60,368 nt of DNA, filler included, from Squatina squatina (GCA_031763465.1; 4 parts of 4 records of this genome joined end to end with filler, not necessarily neighbours in it); one strand, 5' to 3'; numbered from the whole stretch's first letter, positions 12,100-25,165 are shown. A program made the numbers and translations. Notes: generated by a model from the letters alone, not told the origin.

Positions 12100-13763
12100 G
12101 TGTACACCTAGTTTTAGACTGACCAGCCAGGGGAAACGTCCTCCCAGCATCTACCCTGTCAAGCTCTAAGAATTTTATGGGCAGCCAATTATCATTTATT
12201 TTGGGTGCTAATGTAGAGTTAAATTGGCATTAAGGGCCTAATGCCAATTTTGGGCGCTAACTTTAGCACTGGGAAATTTGGGTCCAGTTAACGCTGGCGT
12301 TAAATGGGTGTTGCACCTCTAGCGCTGGAAACTCAGTGTCCAGCACTAGTTGGCAATAGTGACGTCATCAGTAGGCGCAACGCCCAAAATGNNNNNNNNN
12401 NNNNNNNNNNNNNNNNNNNNNNNNNNNNNNNNNNNNNNNNNNNNNNNNNNNNNNNNNNNNNNNNNNNNNNNNNNNNNNNNNNNNNNNNNNNTTTCTCATT
12501 TTCTGCAGTATGCAATTTTTTTTTTCCCTAGCAGCCTTTATAATCTAACAGAAGTCTCCATAAAGGTATCTGGAAAAAAATATGATTACATGTTTGAGGG
12601 AATGGCTCTCTTTTAACCACATTTTTAATAAAAAAAGAGTAGGTAAAGCCCATTTTCTGATTTTGTAATACATTTATAGGCATTGCTTCAGTGATCATGC
12701 CAGTGGGAAGGAAGGAACTTGACAGTACACTGTGGCTGAGGAATGTAATTGAATTTAAATGGTACCTATGTATGCAATGTAAATGCCCGCAAGCTCCATT
12801 TGATGTGGAGGGAGAAAATGGGAAAAAAAAACTTTAATTTGTGAAAATAGACATTCCCCATGGAGCAAACCGCAGAAATTGAGAATAAGTTCATCTAATG
12901 TTGCTGCAGCAACTATTCGTCAAGTCCAAATTTAACAGGTTGATTTTCATCATTTCTACAGTTATGATTGTTCATAAATCTGCTTCCTCAGCTTGTTCAA
13001 CTGCATCGGTTTCAGTCTGTCTCTGTGACTGCTAACAACAATGATTGCATTTTCAAAGTATGCTATTGGTTGTAAAGTTCTCTGGGACATCAAAGGTACA
13101 TAGTATAAGGGTTAAATTAGACTAAGCTTGTATTCCTGTGAGAATAGAAGATTAAGGTTGAACTAATTGAGGGATTTAAGATGATTAAAGGATTTCATAA
13201 GGCAGATTGGGAGAAGCTATGATAAAATTTGCATGCATAAAGTGGTACAACTGGTCCTTGGTATCTCCAGCAAGATGCTGGGGCCAACAATCACAATGAA
13301 CAGAATTAGAAAAAGTCCTCATTTGCAGACAGTCCATTCCTAAAGGGAGCATGGTAAAATCAGCAGGAAAGTCAGTGCTGGATGCCTCCATGCACCTAGT
13401 AGTCAGTGGTTTCTACCTTTAAAAACCTCCAAATCTTTAAAATCTAATCCAAGACACACTCACCTAACTGGTAATCATCTTCTGCAGCAGCAGGGAGAAG
13501 CTTGACTACCAGTGACCACGTATTGCAGGTGAATGAGAAATTGAAAATCTGCATGCCAATTTAAAAGGCTTTAACACCAAGGGAAACAAATTCAGCTTCC
13601 TACCCAAATTCAAATTCCACAGCAGGGAAGGACAGCAGAGAAGTTTGGAGGTCAGTAGGTCAGATGAAAGTGTTCCGCGGACCGTATATTTGGCACCCCT
13701 GCATCAGGATATGGGTTTATAGAATGTCTCATCACTATATTCTCCTGCTTCGATTTAAAATTT

Positions 13764-13863
13764 NNNNNNNNNNNNNNNNNNNNNNNNNNNNNNNNNNNNN
13801 NNNNNNNTTAATTAATTAANNNNNNNNNNNNNNNNNNNNNNNNNNNNNNNNNNNNNNNNNNNN
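13764..13863. other. Artificial scaffold linker
   Basis: 44 N + TTAATTAATTAA (13808-13819, stops in all six frames) + 44 N. Confidence 0.95.
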
Positions 13864-14123
13864 GGACTCCTATTATGCAGCCCGTAGCTAAGTAAATGGT
13901 GTGGCTTTGAGTTCCTTTATTGTTTTTAAATACGTCTGAGTATGCGTGACCATAGACATGTTATGGGTGATGGAAGCTTTTCTGCCTTATTGTTTACAAG
14001 GCAGAGCCCTCCTGAATGCTTTCAGACCCTCATAACACCCCTCTCCCAATACTCCCAGATCATAGGAATCCTTTCTGTGAGTCAGTCTTGGATCACATTT
14101 CTTTATCTTTTTTTAATACACAG

Positions 14124-14286
14124 TCTGAAGTTGGATCACGAAGGAAGCTATCAGTGTGTTGCCACTGGTCTAGTGTTTGAAGTGACAGAAAAAGTTGACA
14201 TAATTTACTCAATTCTGTCTTGGTATAAATATGACACATTTCTGCAAAGCAGCTGGAAAACTTGTGGCGCACTGTTTGACGTCAAA
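14124..14286 (+). CDS. FIIND (ZU5 part) exon of a CARD8/NLRP1-like gene; 3' end uncertain
   Basis: Acceptor tttttttaatacacag. Encodes LKLDHEGSYQCVATGLVFEVTEKVDIIYSILSW...CGALFDVK, resembling the GxxxCxxTGLxF...GPLFDI motif of FIIND. Similarity stops near the contig end. Confidence 0.7.
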
Positions 14287-14859
14287 TCCTTTGTAGCATT
14301 TCTTGTCAAGTGAATTAAAAAAAAAATATAAAGATGAGCGCTTGCCCAGGTCTACGCCCGCAGGAGGAGAGATCGTATAAAAAAAAAAAAATTGGGGGGG
14401 TAACAGNNNNNNNNNNNNNNNNNNNNNNNNNNNNNNNNNNNNNNNNNNNNNNNNNNNNNNNNNNNNNNNNNNNNNNNNNNNNNNNNNNNNNNNNNNNNNN
14501 NNNNNNCCTCGCTCTATTGACCCCGTGGACCGCGTCATAGTGGGGTCCCAGTGAAGATATCAGTTAAATGGGACACCAGACTAGCTGTTCTTCCTTGAAT
14601 AGAGCTATGGAATCTATCAGATCCATGTGAACAGGAATATGGGGCCTGGGTTGAACATTTCATCTGAAAGGTGTAACTTCCAACAATGCAACACTCCCTG
14701 AGTACTACAACAACACGCATTTATACAGCGCCTTTAACATAGTAAAGATGTCCTAACCAAACATTAAAATAGATTATGGGCTCCAGTGTACATACAGTCT
14801 ACTTTTTGATAATTTAAAACAAACAGCTGACTAACAATCCAATTTTTAAGCACTATGAG

Positions 14860-15443
14860 GGAGAAATTCAGTTTGGGCGGTAACTTTTAAAAGTTGAAAA
14901 AATTAGCGCCACTTCCTTCCTGGAGCGCAACAGGCAGCAGGCGGGGTGATAGGTGTGCAGCGCTATGCAATGGGCCATATGGCACTGGAAGGCTCCTTCC
15001 CTCCCTTAAAGCAAAGTGACATCACTGCAGGCTCTGCAGAGGAAAAACTTAGCTGAACACCGATGGCAGCCGTGGTCAGTCCGATGCACTGCAGCGGAGT
15101 GTTGGGCTGATCGATCGTGGGGGAAAAACATTTCAGCATTTCTTTTTACTTACCTCGCCTTTAAGCATCGCCCCTTAAGCGCCCGGCCTCCCAGTGTTTT
15201 CGCCCGGCCATGCTGCGGGGGCGGGACCGAAGTTTGGACGTGGAGCGATGTGCTTGGTGATGACGCCACAATCTCCAGGTGAAGGAGATCAGGGCGCAAC
15301 GCCATACTGCCGCCGCAAACCTCCCGTCGAAAATAGCGGGAGCCAATCTACTCGCCACGCCCGGTCGGTAAGTGCTTAGCGTCCCGTTATCGCCCCCTGG
15401 AGGCAATAACGGGAGGCTCTAAAGAGGCCAATTCCTAGGCCTC
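14860..15443. repeat. GC-rich interspersed (MITE-like) repeat
   Basis: CpG-rich block in AT-rich context; starts with gg.agaaattcag like the block near 11900. Confidence 0.4.
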
Positions 15444-15989
15444 AGTGTTTTTACACTTTGCTGCTGATCTTCATACCATCCTCCACTAGGTGGCATAATA
15501 ATCTCAGTTTGCAATGTCCATATTCTGTCGATCAGACAACAGAAATCGTGTACCCGTGAGTGTGACCATAGTCATCACTGGTTTCCTTAGTTATTGTCAG
15601 TTGGACTGGTAAAGACTGTAGAATTTTAAAACAACTTTACTTTTTTATTCCTTCCTCACCCCACAAAAAAGATAATTTCAATTTTTTTTCTCCTTTATGT
15701 TCCCTGTCCTGTCCGCTAATGAGAGCAAATCAGTGACTTGTTTGTAAGGCCCCTATAAGCTGTGAATCTATCAGGTACATGAGCGTGGATTGACCACCGC
15801 TCCAATTTTCAACCCATCTTTTTGGAAAGTGTCTTAACTTGGCGTTTCTCCAAATGGCCCAGTCAACACCAGGAGCTGGCATGGAGTTGCTTTATTCTGG
15901 CCGATCTCAATACTTTATTCACAAAATGATATCTAACATGTTTGAACCAATTGTTTTACCTTTACAAATTTGTGTCCTATCCTTTACAG

Positions 15990-16243
15990 ATCACTCAGCT
16001 GATTTACAATTTGGAATTTTACACATAAAGGACAAGAAACCAGAAATAGAGCCCACGACCAATCATTCAACAACGCACGTTCAATGGAATGTAAGCTCCT
16101 TGTCACCTGTTGGGGCAATCTTTCAGACCTCTTCTGAAGATGTTCAACATCACGGTGTAGTGCGGATTTACAAAGTAATTAACAACTGCCAGTCCTTATT
16201 ATTTCATGTGTATATGGCAGCAAACAATGACTCTGTTATTAAG
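15990..16243 (+). CDS. FIIND exon containing the ZU5/UPA junction
   Basis: AG at 15988-15989, GTATG at 16244. ILHIKDKKPEIEPTTNHSTTHVQWNVSSLSPVG parallels NLRP1 AHFKEEG...HIVLENPSFSPLG. Confidence 0.8.
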
Positions 16244-16419
16244 GTATGAACTATTCTAACTATACTAATTAAGATTACAATTATGGCTTTTTTGTTATAG
16301 TTGCATCTTGTGTTAAGTTACAATGTTATTTTGATTGGATTGTTTCGTTAATTGTCAGTGCAAACAAAATGTTAATCAAAAGGACAGATTTCAGTATGAA
16401 TATGCTTGTTCATTTTCAG

Positions 16420-16554
16420 GATATCATAAAGGCTGAAAAACATTCAAAACCGAAATCTATAAAAATTGATAAACCTACTCCATGCCACAAAAAGCTGATT
16501 ATTGGCAAAACATATCGACTCCTGAGTGACCCACCAGCTGAAATAAATCCTGGG
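16420..16554 (+). CDS. FIIND (UPA part) exon
   Basis: AG at 16418-16419, GTATG at 16555, phase 0-0 compatible with the previous exon. Encodes DIIKAEKHSKPKSIKIDKPTPCHKKLIIGKTYRLLSDPPAEINPG. Confidence 0.78.
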
Positions 16555-17989
16555 GTATGTTTAATGAACAATTATAGATTTGTTTCATGAAACATTTTCT
16601 GATATACATATTTATATATATATTTATTATAAAAATAAACTTAGCAAACCATTTCACAGTGATGATGTTTTCCAGAACTAGGATCTAAAAAATTACACCT
16701 GAATCCATGCCATTTTCTAGTGTCCTAAAAAATCCTCTTAGATCTGATAAAACACAGTAAAATCTAGAAATCTACTTAATATGGTGGCACCTGGAGCTGC
16801 AATTAACAGTCTAAATTTAGGTTGCAATCAGTGTCTGCAGTGGTTGTAATCGTACTAATTTGTTAATTGCTAGTGNNNNNNNNNNNNNNNNNNNNNNNNN
16901 NNNNNNNNNNNNNNNNNNNNNNNNNNNNNNNNNNNNNNNNNNNNNNNNNNNNNNNNNNNNNNNNNNNNNNNNNNNAATGACAGGATGATGTGTTCTGAGA
17001 TTACTGCCTGGTGCGCAGACAAATGTAAAAGAGGCATTCTAAACAGTTTGTGAGAAAACGATGTCCTTTGATTAATACTTTTAATTGGTGAATGCTTCGG
17101 AGCTCCGCCACAATATTAGCTATTTCCACTTTGTAATTAGAATTTGCAGCTACGAAAGGAGATGGGAGCAAATGAACTGAAGAGAAGGCGCAGAGCCCAG
17201 CCACTGGCAAGGGGGCGGGTGAACTCCTGGAACCTCTGGCACTGGGGGTGGCTGCTCGATTTCTGCTCTCTATTCTGCTTTCCATGAATAGACCCTGTTT
17301 CCTCAGTTGTGATTTTCCAAGCCCGCTCAGATTGAAAGTGCCGTTCCGAATTTGAAAGCTGACATTTATAGATGGTAATTTATGCTGTACGGGTTTTACC
17401 GAAAGTTGTGTTTTCTGTCACAGAAACTGAACTTAACCAGCACGAGATTTCGGATAATTTCATCCTCCCCTGCTTTCATGAAACTCCATGCGCTGTGGCG
17501 AAAGATGCAGTCTCTGTACTAAACTCTTCACAATGATGTTTGCCATTTCGTTACAGATAGCACACAGGGAATTTTCCCTCTCTGAAATAGCCCTCGAATT
17601 TTCCAGTGTACAGGGAGTGTCTGTGTCTCGTGTTTTGGGGAGTACATTGGGGAATAAATCCAGGCGTTAAATGTGAGATAATGCGGCAAGGAAAAAAAAC
17701 ACAGATGCCATTAGATTAGAAATAGAAACATAGAAGATAGGAGTAGGCCATTCGGCCCTTCGAGCCTGCTCCGCCATTCAATGAGANNNNNNNNNNNNNN
17801 NNNNNNNNNNNNNNNNNNNNNNNNNNNNNNNNNNNNNNNNNNNNNNNNNNNNNNNNNNNNNNNNNNNNNNNNNNNNNNNNNNNNNNCTCCAAGTTCACTT
17901 ATAATACTAAATTGCGAGGAATTGCAAACAATAGGGAACAGGCTGATCAAATACAGAACGATCTGGTTAGATGGTGGAACTGGGCTAAT

Positions 17990-18660
17990 GAGTGAGATAT
18001 AATTTAATGTGATATTAGGAAAGGGTAATAAACAAAGGTAATATAAGCTAAGTAATATTATTCTACAGGTCACAACATGGGAGAGAAATTTGTTTGTGCT
18101 AGTGCATTGATCACTGAAGCCATCTGCACAGTGTGTGGAAGCATTAATATCAGTAAATAGAATTTTGGTCTGTATAGCCAGAGAGATCGAACACAAATCT
18201 CAGGAAGTTATGTTCAATTTGTACAGTGTTCTGGTTTGGCCTCGCCTGAAGGGCTGTGTACTATTCTGTTTCTGTCGCCAGTGCCTAGCTATCTTTCTCA
18301 TGCAAAAGACAGAGGTGATGCAACCAAGGGAATATAAATTGATTACTGAATTAGGTGCTTGAGAGGTCGAGAATGTTTACAATGGATAACAGATGGCTTA
18401 AACGTGATTTTATTGAAGTCTTCAAGGGTATAGACAAGATAAATGTTAATGTTTCTACAGCTAGTGGCACAACTTCAATCCTAGAAGAGGGAGGGAGAAG
18501 TTCAGGTAGATGGTGTGAATGTATATAATGTACTGCCAAGGGAGGTGGTCGGGGCTGATTGTGTCAGCATATTAAAGTTGGTGAAAAATTTGACAGCGGG
18601 GTATGAGGACAGATCTTTGGGAAATGAGACCAGTCAGATCACCCTCTGGTCTCTTGTGGT
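17990..18660 (+). mobile_element. Degenerate CR1 LINE 3' fragment
   Basis: Decayed CR1 RT C-terminal motifs (ILVCIAREIEHKSQEVMFNLYSVLVWPRL) with stops and frameshifts. Confidence 0.55.
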
Positions 18661-19735
18661 CTAGTCGCAATATTCTTGGACTTGCATGTGTTGGGGGTTT
18701 CGGTTGCCCCTTGTGGGATGCTGAGGGCCTTTGGCTCCTGAATCATGGAGCATCTGCCAGCAATCCCTCCGGAAAGCCGACCACCAGAGAGCACCTTTCT
18801 TTGGAACTGGGGATTCCAGGCCAGCCAGTCTTGGTGAGCTTGGTGTCTGATTGCTGCCTTTATGCTGGGTGTTGAGAGCCTTAGAACCCCCACTAAACGC
18901 AATACTGAATCAGTTATAGACAGTGGTGAAACCCTCTATTTGACAGGAGGGGGAGAATGGGGGTGTGTTTGGGTTGGAGGGCTGGTGAAGTGTGTGCGTG
19001 GTTCCTTTTATTTTGTTAGTAACCTGAGCTCGCTTTATTGGTGATTTGGAGAGGGTGCGGTGGTCTCAAGACTTTGGTTTATGAGCAGCTGGTAGTGGGG
19101 ACATTGTGTTCAGACATCAGAGCTAAACAAAGCAGTGATCATGACACTAGGGAGGGGGAGGAATGGGGGATGGGGCCTTGCAGCAGTGCCGTGGGTGTTT
19201 GCTAACTTTTCTCTAAGCAGCTGTTTTTAATTTGAGCTTGCAGTGATCTGTAAAGACCTTTTGTTTGAATTGCATTCCTGGTGTGGAGAATTATGTTTTG
19301 CACTGAGGAGGGAAAAAAAGCAGAAGTACTTTGTGCTAAAGGAAGCTGACGGCTTTTAGTTTTTACGTGCAATTTGATTCAATGAAACAGTGGCATATGT
19401 GAAGTTTCTTTTCTCTCCTCTTCAATTCCATGATCTTCCAGCTGTGCTTTTTTTAAAAAAAATCTTCAGACCAAAATAATAGTTGAGGTAATAGTGTTGT
19501 GGTAAGGTTGCACCTTGTGATATGCTGATGACTCGGGTAATCAATCTGACCCCCAAGTTATACTTTCATTTTTGCTTCGGTGTGAAGTGGAAACCGCCCC
19601 ATACTTATAGAAATGTGATAATACAACAGCAGGATTTCTCTGGCGTGCCATCGATAATTTTTAGTTCGGAGTTTCAGCATTCACCCGTTTCTTATCCTTC
19701 TCATCGACGACTTAAACTTTAGTTTTTAAGTTTAC

Positions 19736-19840
19736 CTTTAAGAGGTGCGCGATGTTCCTGCACACGTTACCGGTGATATGGGTGAAATTCTGTAGCTTGG
19801 CGTGGTAGATTTGTAGATCGGTAGTAATATTTTGATAGCA
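19736..19840 (-). CDS. IL12A: Interleukin-12 alpha (p35) exon
   Basis: Acceptor tccacag, donor GTAAAC, 105 bp phase 0-0. CYQNITTDLQIYHAKLQNF...IAHLLK resembles p35 CLSSIYEDLKMY. Confidence 0.75.
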
Positions 19841-19932
19841 CTGTGGACAAAAATGGATACGGTGTAACGTTAGATGCAATTTCATTGCAGCCACTGAGCT
19901 GAGAATTGAATGGAGTATCTGCAGTCACATAC

Positions 19933-19992
19933 CTGGCTAGATGAGAGACGGCAGCCCTGGGGGTCCCCGCTCTCCTTGCATCTACTGGACTC
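19933..19992 (-). CDS. IL12A: IL12A short exon
   Basis: Acceptor ctgtgtag, donor GTATG, 60 bp in frame: ESSRCKESGDPQGCRLSSSQ. Confidence 0.68.
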
Positions 19993-20098
19993 CTACACAG
20001 AGAGATTGACATAAGCAAGTCAGTTTGAAATGCATTAACTGAGAAAGAATTGCTCTTAGGTGACATTTTTTTTTACCAGAGACTGTGTCCGCCCTCAC

Positions 20099-20200
20099 CT
20101 GGACAGGGGAACAGGTCCAGACGGTGCTGGTGTGATTCTCAGTGATGTCTTCCAGTACAATTATAGTGTCGCTGCAGTTAAACCCTCCAGTCACGTCGGG
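20099..20200 (-). CDS. IL12A: IL12A exon
   Basis: AG/GT bounded, 102 bp. PDVTGGFNCSDTIIVLEDITENHTSTVWTCSPVQ matches the p35 C...EDIT...TSTV.AC.P motif. Confidence 0.82.
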
Positions 20201-20488
20201 CTAATAAAAAACAGTAGATAACACCTTCAAAAATGCTCAAACCGCCAAATGTGGAGAAAACATTTCATTTTTTTTCCAGTTGAAGTTAACGAGCCGCGGA
20301 TAAAACCAGGAACATTATTGCAGGGCACGGGTGCTGGTTAGGAACACCAATAAAAGATGAATTAGTGACCCAGCCCTGTCAGCATTCATTTGTAGAGATT
20401 TATACAGAATATTGATTCTCTTTACAATTCGCGCGGTTTCCCTGCTTGGAACGCACACAGTGCAAGGATGAATTATAACAGTACTTAC

Positions 20489-20655
20489 GTGTGTTAGACT
20501 CTCCTTCACCTCTTTAAGAAGGCGCTTTGAAATACTCAGGCATTTTCCAACATCTATTTTATGGTGCCGATCAATCGGGGTCCCAGCAGAGAAACCGGAG
20601 AGGTGAGTGGAAATCATTAAAAAGATGACAGCTTTCCACAATCTTGGGGCCAAAC
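20489..20655 (-). CDS. IL12A: IL12A exon with signal peptide and first helix
   Basis: Acceptor taattgcag, donor GTAAGT. Hydrophobic LWKAVIFLMISTHLSGFSAG then KCLSISKRLLKEVKESL (p35 CL..S.NLL motif). Lies downstream of SCHIP1 on the same strand, as in human. Confidence 0.8.
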
Positions 20656-21104
20656 CTGCAATTACAAAAAGACAGCTTCAAAGATCTGTGGTGACACTTG
20701 TCTGTATCTTCACTGTGATATTGCAGTTTAGAAAANNNNNNNNNNNNNNNNNNNNNNNNNNNNNNNNNNNNNNNNNNNNNNNNNNNNNNNNNNNNNNNNN
20801 NNNNNNNNNNNNNNNNNNNNNNNNNNNNNNNNNNNGGACAAACCCAACAGCCAATTTGTGTCAGGTTCTCACAAACAGCGAATTAACAACTATCCAGATA
20901 AGCTGTCTTGGTTGTGTTGGGTGAGGCAGGAATGATGGTCAGGGCATAGGGAAAACTACCTCTATGGTTTTCAGATGGTACTGTGGGATATTTTTTTACA
21001 GCCACTTGAACAGGTCGAAATGGCCTTAGTTGAACATCTCATCTGAAAGCTGGGACCCCCGACAATGTGGCATTCCTACAGTACTGCACTGTGGTGCCAT
21101 CAAG

Positions 21105-22020
21105 AACAACAACAACTTGTTTTTCTACAGTGCCTTTAACATAGCAAAACATCCCAAGGTGCTTCACAGGAGCATTGTCAAACAAAATTTGGCACCAAGC
21201 CACATAAGGAGACATTAGGACAGAAAGAGGTAGGTTTTAAGGAGCATCTTAAAGGAGGTAGAGAAACAAAGAGGTTTAGGGAGGGATTTCCAGAGCTTAA
21301 GGCCTTGGCAGCTGAAGGCATGGCTGCCAATGCTGGAGCAATTAAAATTGCGGAAGCTCAAGAGGCAGAATTGGTGGTGCATGGATATCTTTGAGTGTTG
21401 TAAGGCTGGAGGAGATTAGAGATGGGGAGGGGCAAGGTCATGGAGGGAGTTAAAAACAAGGATGTGAATTTTAAAATTGAGTTGCTTAACCGGGAGCCAA
21501 TGTTGGTCATTGAATACAGGGGTGATGGGTGAATGGATCTAGGACACGGGCAGCAGGGTTTTGAATGACCTCAAGTTTATGGAGGGTAGAACATGGGAGA
21601 CTAGCCAGGAGTGCATTGGAATAGTCCAGTCTAGCCGTAACAAAGGCATGGATGAGGGTTTCATCAGCGGATGAGCTGAGGCTGGGTGGAGTTGCTCTAT
21701 GTTATGGAGGTGGAAATAGGCAGTATTACTGCTGGCACACATATGTAGTCAGAAGCTCATCTTGGGGTCAAATATGATACTAAGGTTGTGAACACGGTTC
21801 AGCCTCAGACAGTTGCCAGGGAGAGGGATGGAGTTGGTGGCTAGGGAACTGAGTTGGTGGGGATTGAAGGCAGTTTTCTCGGTCTCCCCAATATTTAGTT
21901 GGAAATTTCTGCTCATCCAATACTGGATGTTGGACAAGCAGTCTGACAATTTAGAGGCAGTGGATGGGTTGAGAAAGGTGGTGGTGAGGTACAGCTGGGT
22001 ATTATCAGTGTAGATGTGGA
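21105..22020 (-). mobile_element. L2 LINE 3' fragment nested in a SINE
   Basis: RT remnants (YTDNTQLYL...LSDCLSNIQYWMSRNFQLNI) and a (gtt)n tail. SINE body lies at about 20850-21095 and the tRNA head at about 22025-22097. Confidence 0.75.
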
Positions 22021-23395
22021 TCATGCACTCAAGTTCTAGAGTGAGACTGAATCCCACAACCTCTGGCTCAGGCAGAAGTGCTACTAACTGAGCCAAGCAG
22101 ACAGCAGGAGGAACAATTTCTTCTATGTGTTGGAAACAATTTTACGATTTCATTACAAATAGAACAGAGATAAAATCACTCCATATATCAAACTGATACT
22201 GCCAAAATGGCTGGTTTCCCAATGCTGAGTTCCAATCCCCTTGTGTTCATCAATCTATATTTGAATTGTTGAGATATCACCAGTTGTTATGAAAACATAC
22301 AGTAGGGGGATTGGACCAAATTTGTTATTGAAGGTTTGAATCAGTGAAGTGAAGGATAAAATGCCTGTTGATCACAAGGAGGTAAAAGGCAGGCTTGATA
22401 AGAGAAGACCACTTCCTTCAGAGGAGAAGTTACTGACAGCATCAAGTTTGGAAAGTCATATCATATTATCTGCATGATCTTAGCAAGCTCCATTAAATGT
22501 CATACTATTGCCAAAATACAACAGAACTTAGTTGTACATGCTTGCTTTTTCATAATGGCTGAATTTGACAATCATCTTGAAAGCTGATTAATAGTTTCAA
22601 GGAAACCAGGTTTACTAAATGATAAATTTTGTTTCTATTCTTTTGAAAATAGAACTTAGATACTGAGACTGCACTGTTTCAGTCAAAGAATCTGTTCTAG
22701 CAGAATGTCCANNNNNNNNNNNNNNNNNNNNNNNNNNNNNNNNNNNNNNNNNNNNNNNNNNNNNNNNNNNNNNNNNNNNNNNNNNNNNNNNNNNNNNNNN
22801 NNNNNNNNNNNTAATCAATGTAAGTAATGTTGGCCCAAGGTGAGAATAATCTCCAATTTCCCCTACATTACAAGTTACACAACTTTTCAGAAGCAAGCTC
22901 TAGCACATTCAACATGGAATTTTGGTGACTGAAGATTATTGATTCAGGTGTGCTTGCATTCAAAAACCCCTACATTCCAGGCAGCATCTCTGAAAATTGC
23001 ATTTTTTGGAGAGTCCTTAAAATGAACATTGTGCATTTTCTGAAAATCAGGTTTGTAGTTCATAAACTAAATTATCTCTCATTTTCTGTTATTCTTTATA
23101 ACTGAATGGAACTGTTTGAATTTGGAACTGTTTAAAATGTTTCCTTAACAGTTTTAGATTTCCTCATGCCATGATTTTCACTGTTGAGCAGATCTTGTTA
23201 GTCAGTGTAGCATTTCTGAACCCATGTGTCGAAAGACCAATGTGATTTCCTATTTGCAGTAAGTTAGTCATAGTTGACTGTTAGAAATCACAATAGTTTG
23301 AAACATGTCCTTCACCCCAAATTATTTTCACAATTAGCATTAGATCCTAACAATGTGGAGCAAGATTAATTAGAAGTATATCATAGGAAACAAAT

Positions 23396-24014
23396 TTTAT
23401 TTTTTTATTTTACATATTTGTACATAACATTTCCAGATAACATTTCTGAATCCAATTGACTGAAATTATATTAACACACTTTAAAATGGTTGAGTCAGGT
23501 TGTCAACATTTACAAAATGTTGAAAACTTATTCAAGTGACCTAATCACCAATAGCTACGACTTCACTACAAGGCAGGCATGTATTCTTTGACTTTAATAG
23601 CACCTTTAAATAAAGTTTATTTGTTTAAAACTACCATCTGTGAAGAATAAAAAGAGGCCCATGGTAAAATACTGTTTAACTAAAATCCAAGCAGTCAGAA
23701 GTTAGCTTCTCTTAACTACTTTATATATCTTCCAATCCTGCACATCTCAGTTTTACTAGAATTGCATATCAGTTACCAACATTTTACTGAAATGCCCGAT
23801 ACAACTCAGTGACAAATGTAATCATATTAAAATAAATTATAAAAGAAGCATAGGCCAATCACTGGACATAAAGCTTCAAACAGTACCAATGACTAACACT
23901 GATTTTCTTGAAGTGCACCATCTTGAGCGTCAGCATTTTACAACCACAGAAGCAAAGTAAAATCTAGCTTTTTTTTTCTCTCCAGTCTCGTGGCTTGATG
24001 GAGGCATCTCAGCT
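23396..24014 (-). other. SCHIP1: SCHIP1 3' UTR with polyadenylation signals
   Basis: Follows the stop codon; minus-strand AATAAA at 23396-23401 and 23404-23409. Confidence 0.55.
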
Positions 24015-24066
24015 TCACTTGGCTGTTGTTTTCTCTGCCATGTGCTTCTGCTGACTTTCAGCATGT
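24015..24066 (-). CDS. SCHIP1: SCHIP1 last coding exon
   Basis: Acceptor tctttctccag; encodes (R)HAESQQKHMAEKTTAK*. Confidence 0.9.
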
Positions 24067-24894
24067 CTGGAGAAAGAAGAGAAGTCAAAGGTCTCCCCCA
24101 AGGTACACATTTTGGGAATCTTGACCATTTTGAAGTGTTATAAATTTTAAACCTCTGAACTCAATCTTTTAAGAAATATATGTCTAGAGCTTACGGGGTG
24201 GGGCCTGAGGGAGTTGTGCATTCAACAAAGCCCNNNNNNNNNNNNNNNNNNNNNNNNNNNNNNNNNNNNNNNNNNNNNNNNNNNNNNNNNNNNNNNNNNN
24301 NNNNNNNNNNNNNNNNNNNNNNNNNNNNNNNNNTCAGCATTGGATCCGTCCAGAGATCGCAAATGCCGGTTCTACGGGCTTACGATGTATAGCCCCATAA
24401 CCGGCTTTTGCCATGTCTCCCCGGGTGCATGGGAACATCGTTCCCACCTGGGGACATCGCAATTTCAGGGCCAATGATTTTGGATTGTGCGCCAGGAGGG
24501 AATATCAGGAATTTGGGTAGCGAAACCAGCTGGTCCTGCAGGATTTTCCAGCCAATAATTGATGACCTTTTTATCGTAATTTTCAATACATGCTTCTGGT
24601 GCATGAAGCTTCAAGTCAGGAGCACTTGAAGTCTAGTGAAATCTACTTTTTAATATTTTGGAAATGGTTACACTTAACATTAGCCTGAATAGTATGCTGG
24701 AAAAACACACTTAAGACCAGTCTGCAGTATTTTCAGGTATGTGCCACATAGATTCCAGTTAGTCTTGCACTCTTTTCTGTTTATAGTTCCTGATGTTTGA
24801 AGTGTTAAAAAAAAAATCAGAAGCCATAAAAATAATGAGTACAACCACATCACAGGCGTGAACTGTTAATTTACATCTAAAATGGGAACTGTAA

Positions 24895-25165
24895 GCTTCC
24901 TTTGATGGTTCAGCGAGTTTTATCAGTGACTAGCTGGACTAGATCGAGAACGCTTTGGATTCAATCTCTGGTCTGTGCTTAGTCAGCTGATCTGCTGGTA
25001 TAGGAACTACATTTAGCTTTAGTGCCCTGGGTTCGGAGGAAAGGGGGAAATCATTGACCAGCATTATGACTCATGATCACTATCCATTGACCCCTGTTGG
25101 AGTGCGCAAATGGACATCAGGTAAGTACAGGTTTGAGCTCAGCTGTGATGAACCTCATGATACAG
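24895..25165 (+). mobile_element. Old tRNA-derived SINE (LF-SINE-like)
   Basis: ttcaatctctggtctgtgcttagtcagctgatc head and internal domain; related copy at 46955-47240. Confidence 0.45.

Noticed and set aside
14287-14406. Premature stop suggesting a FIIND pseudogene
   Set aside because: Falls in homopolymer-rich contig-end sequence that looks low-quality or chimeric; downstream exons are intact.
17001-17700. Last IL12A exon
   Set aside because: No reading frame resembling the p35 C-terminal helix was found.
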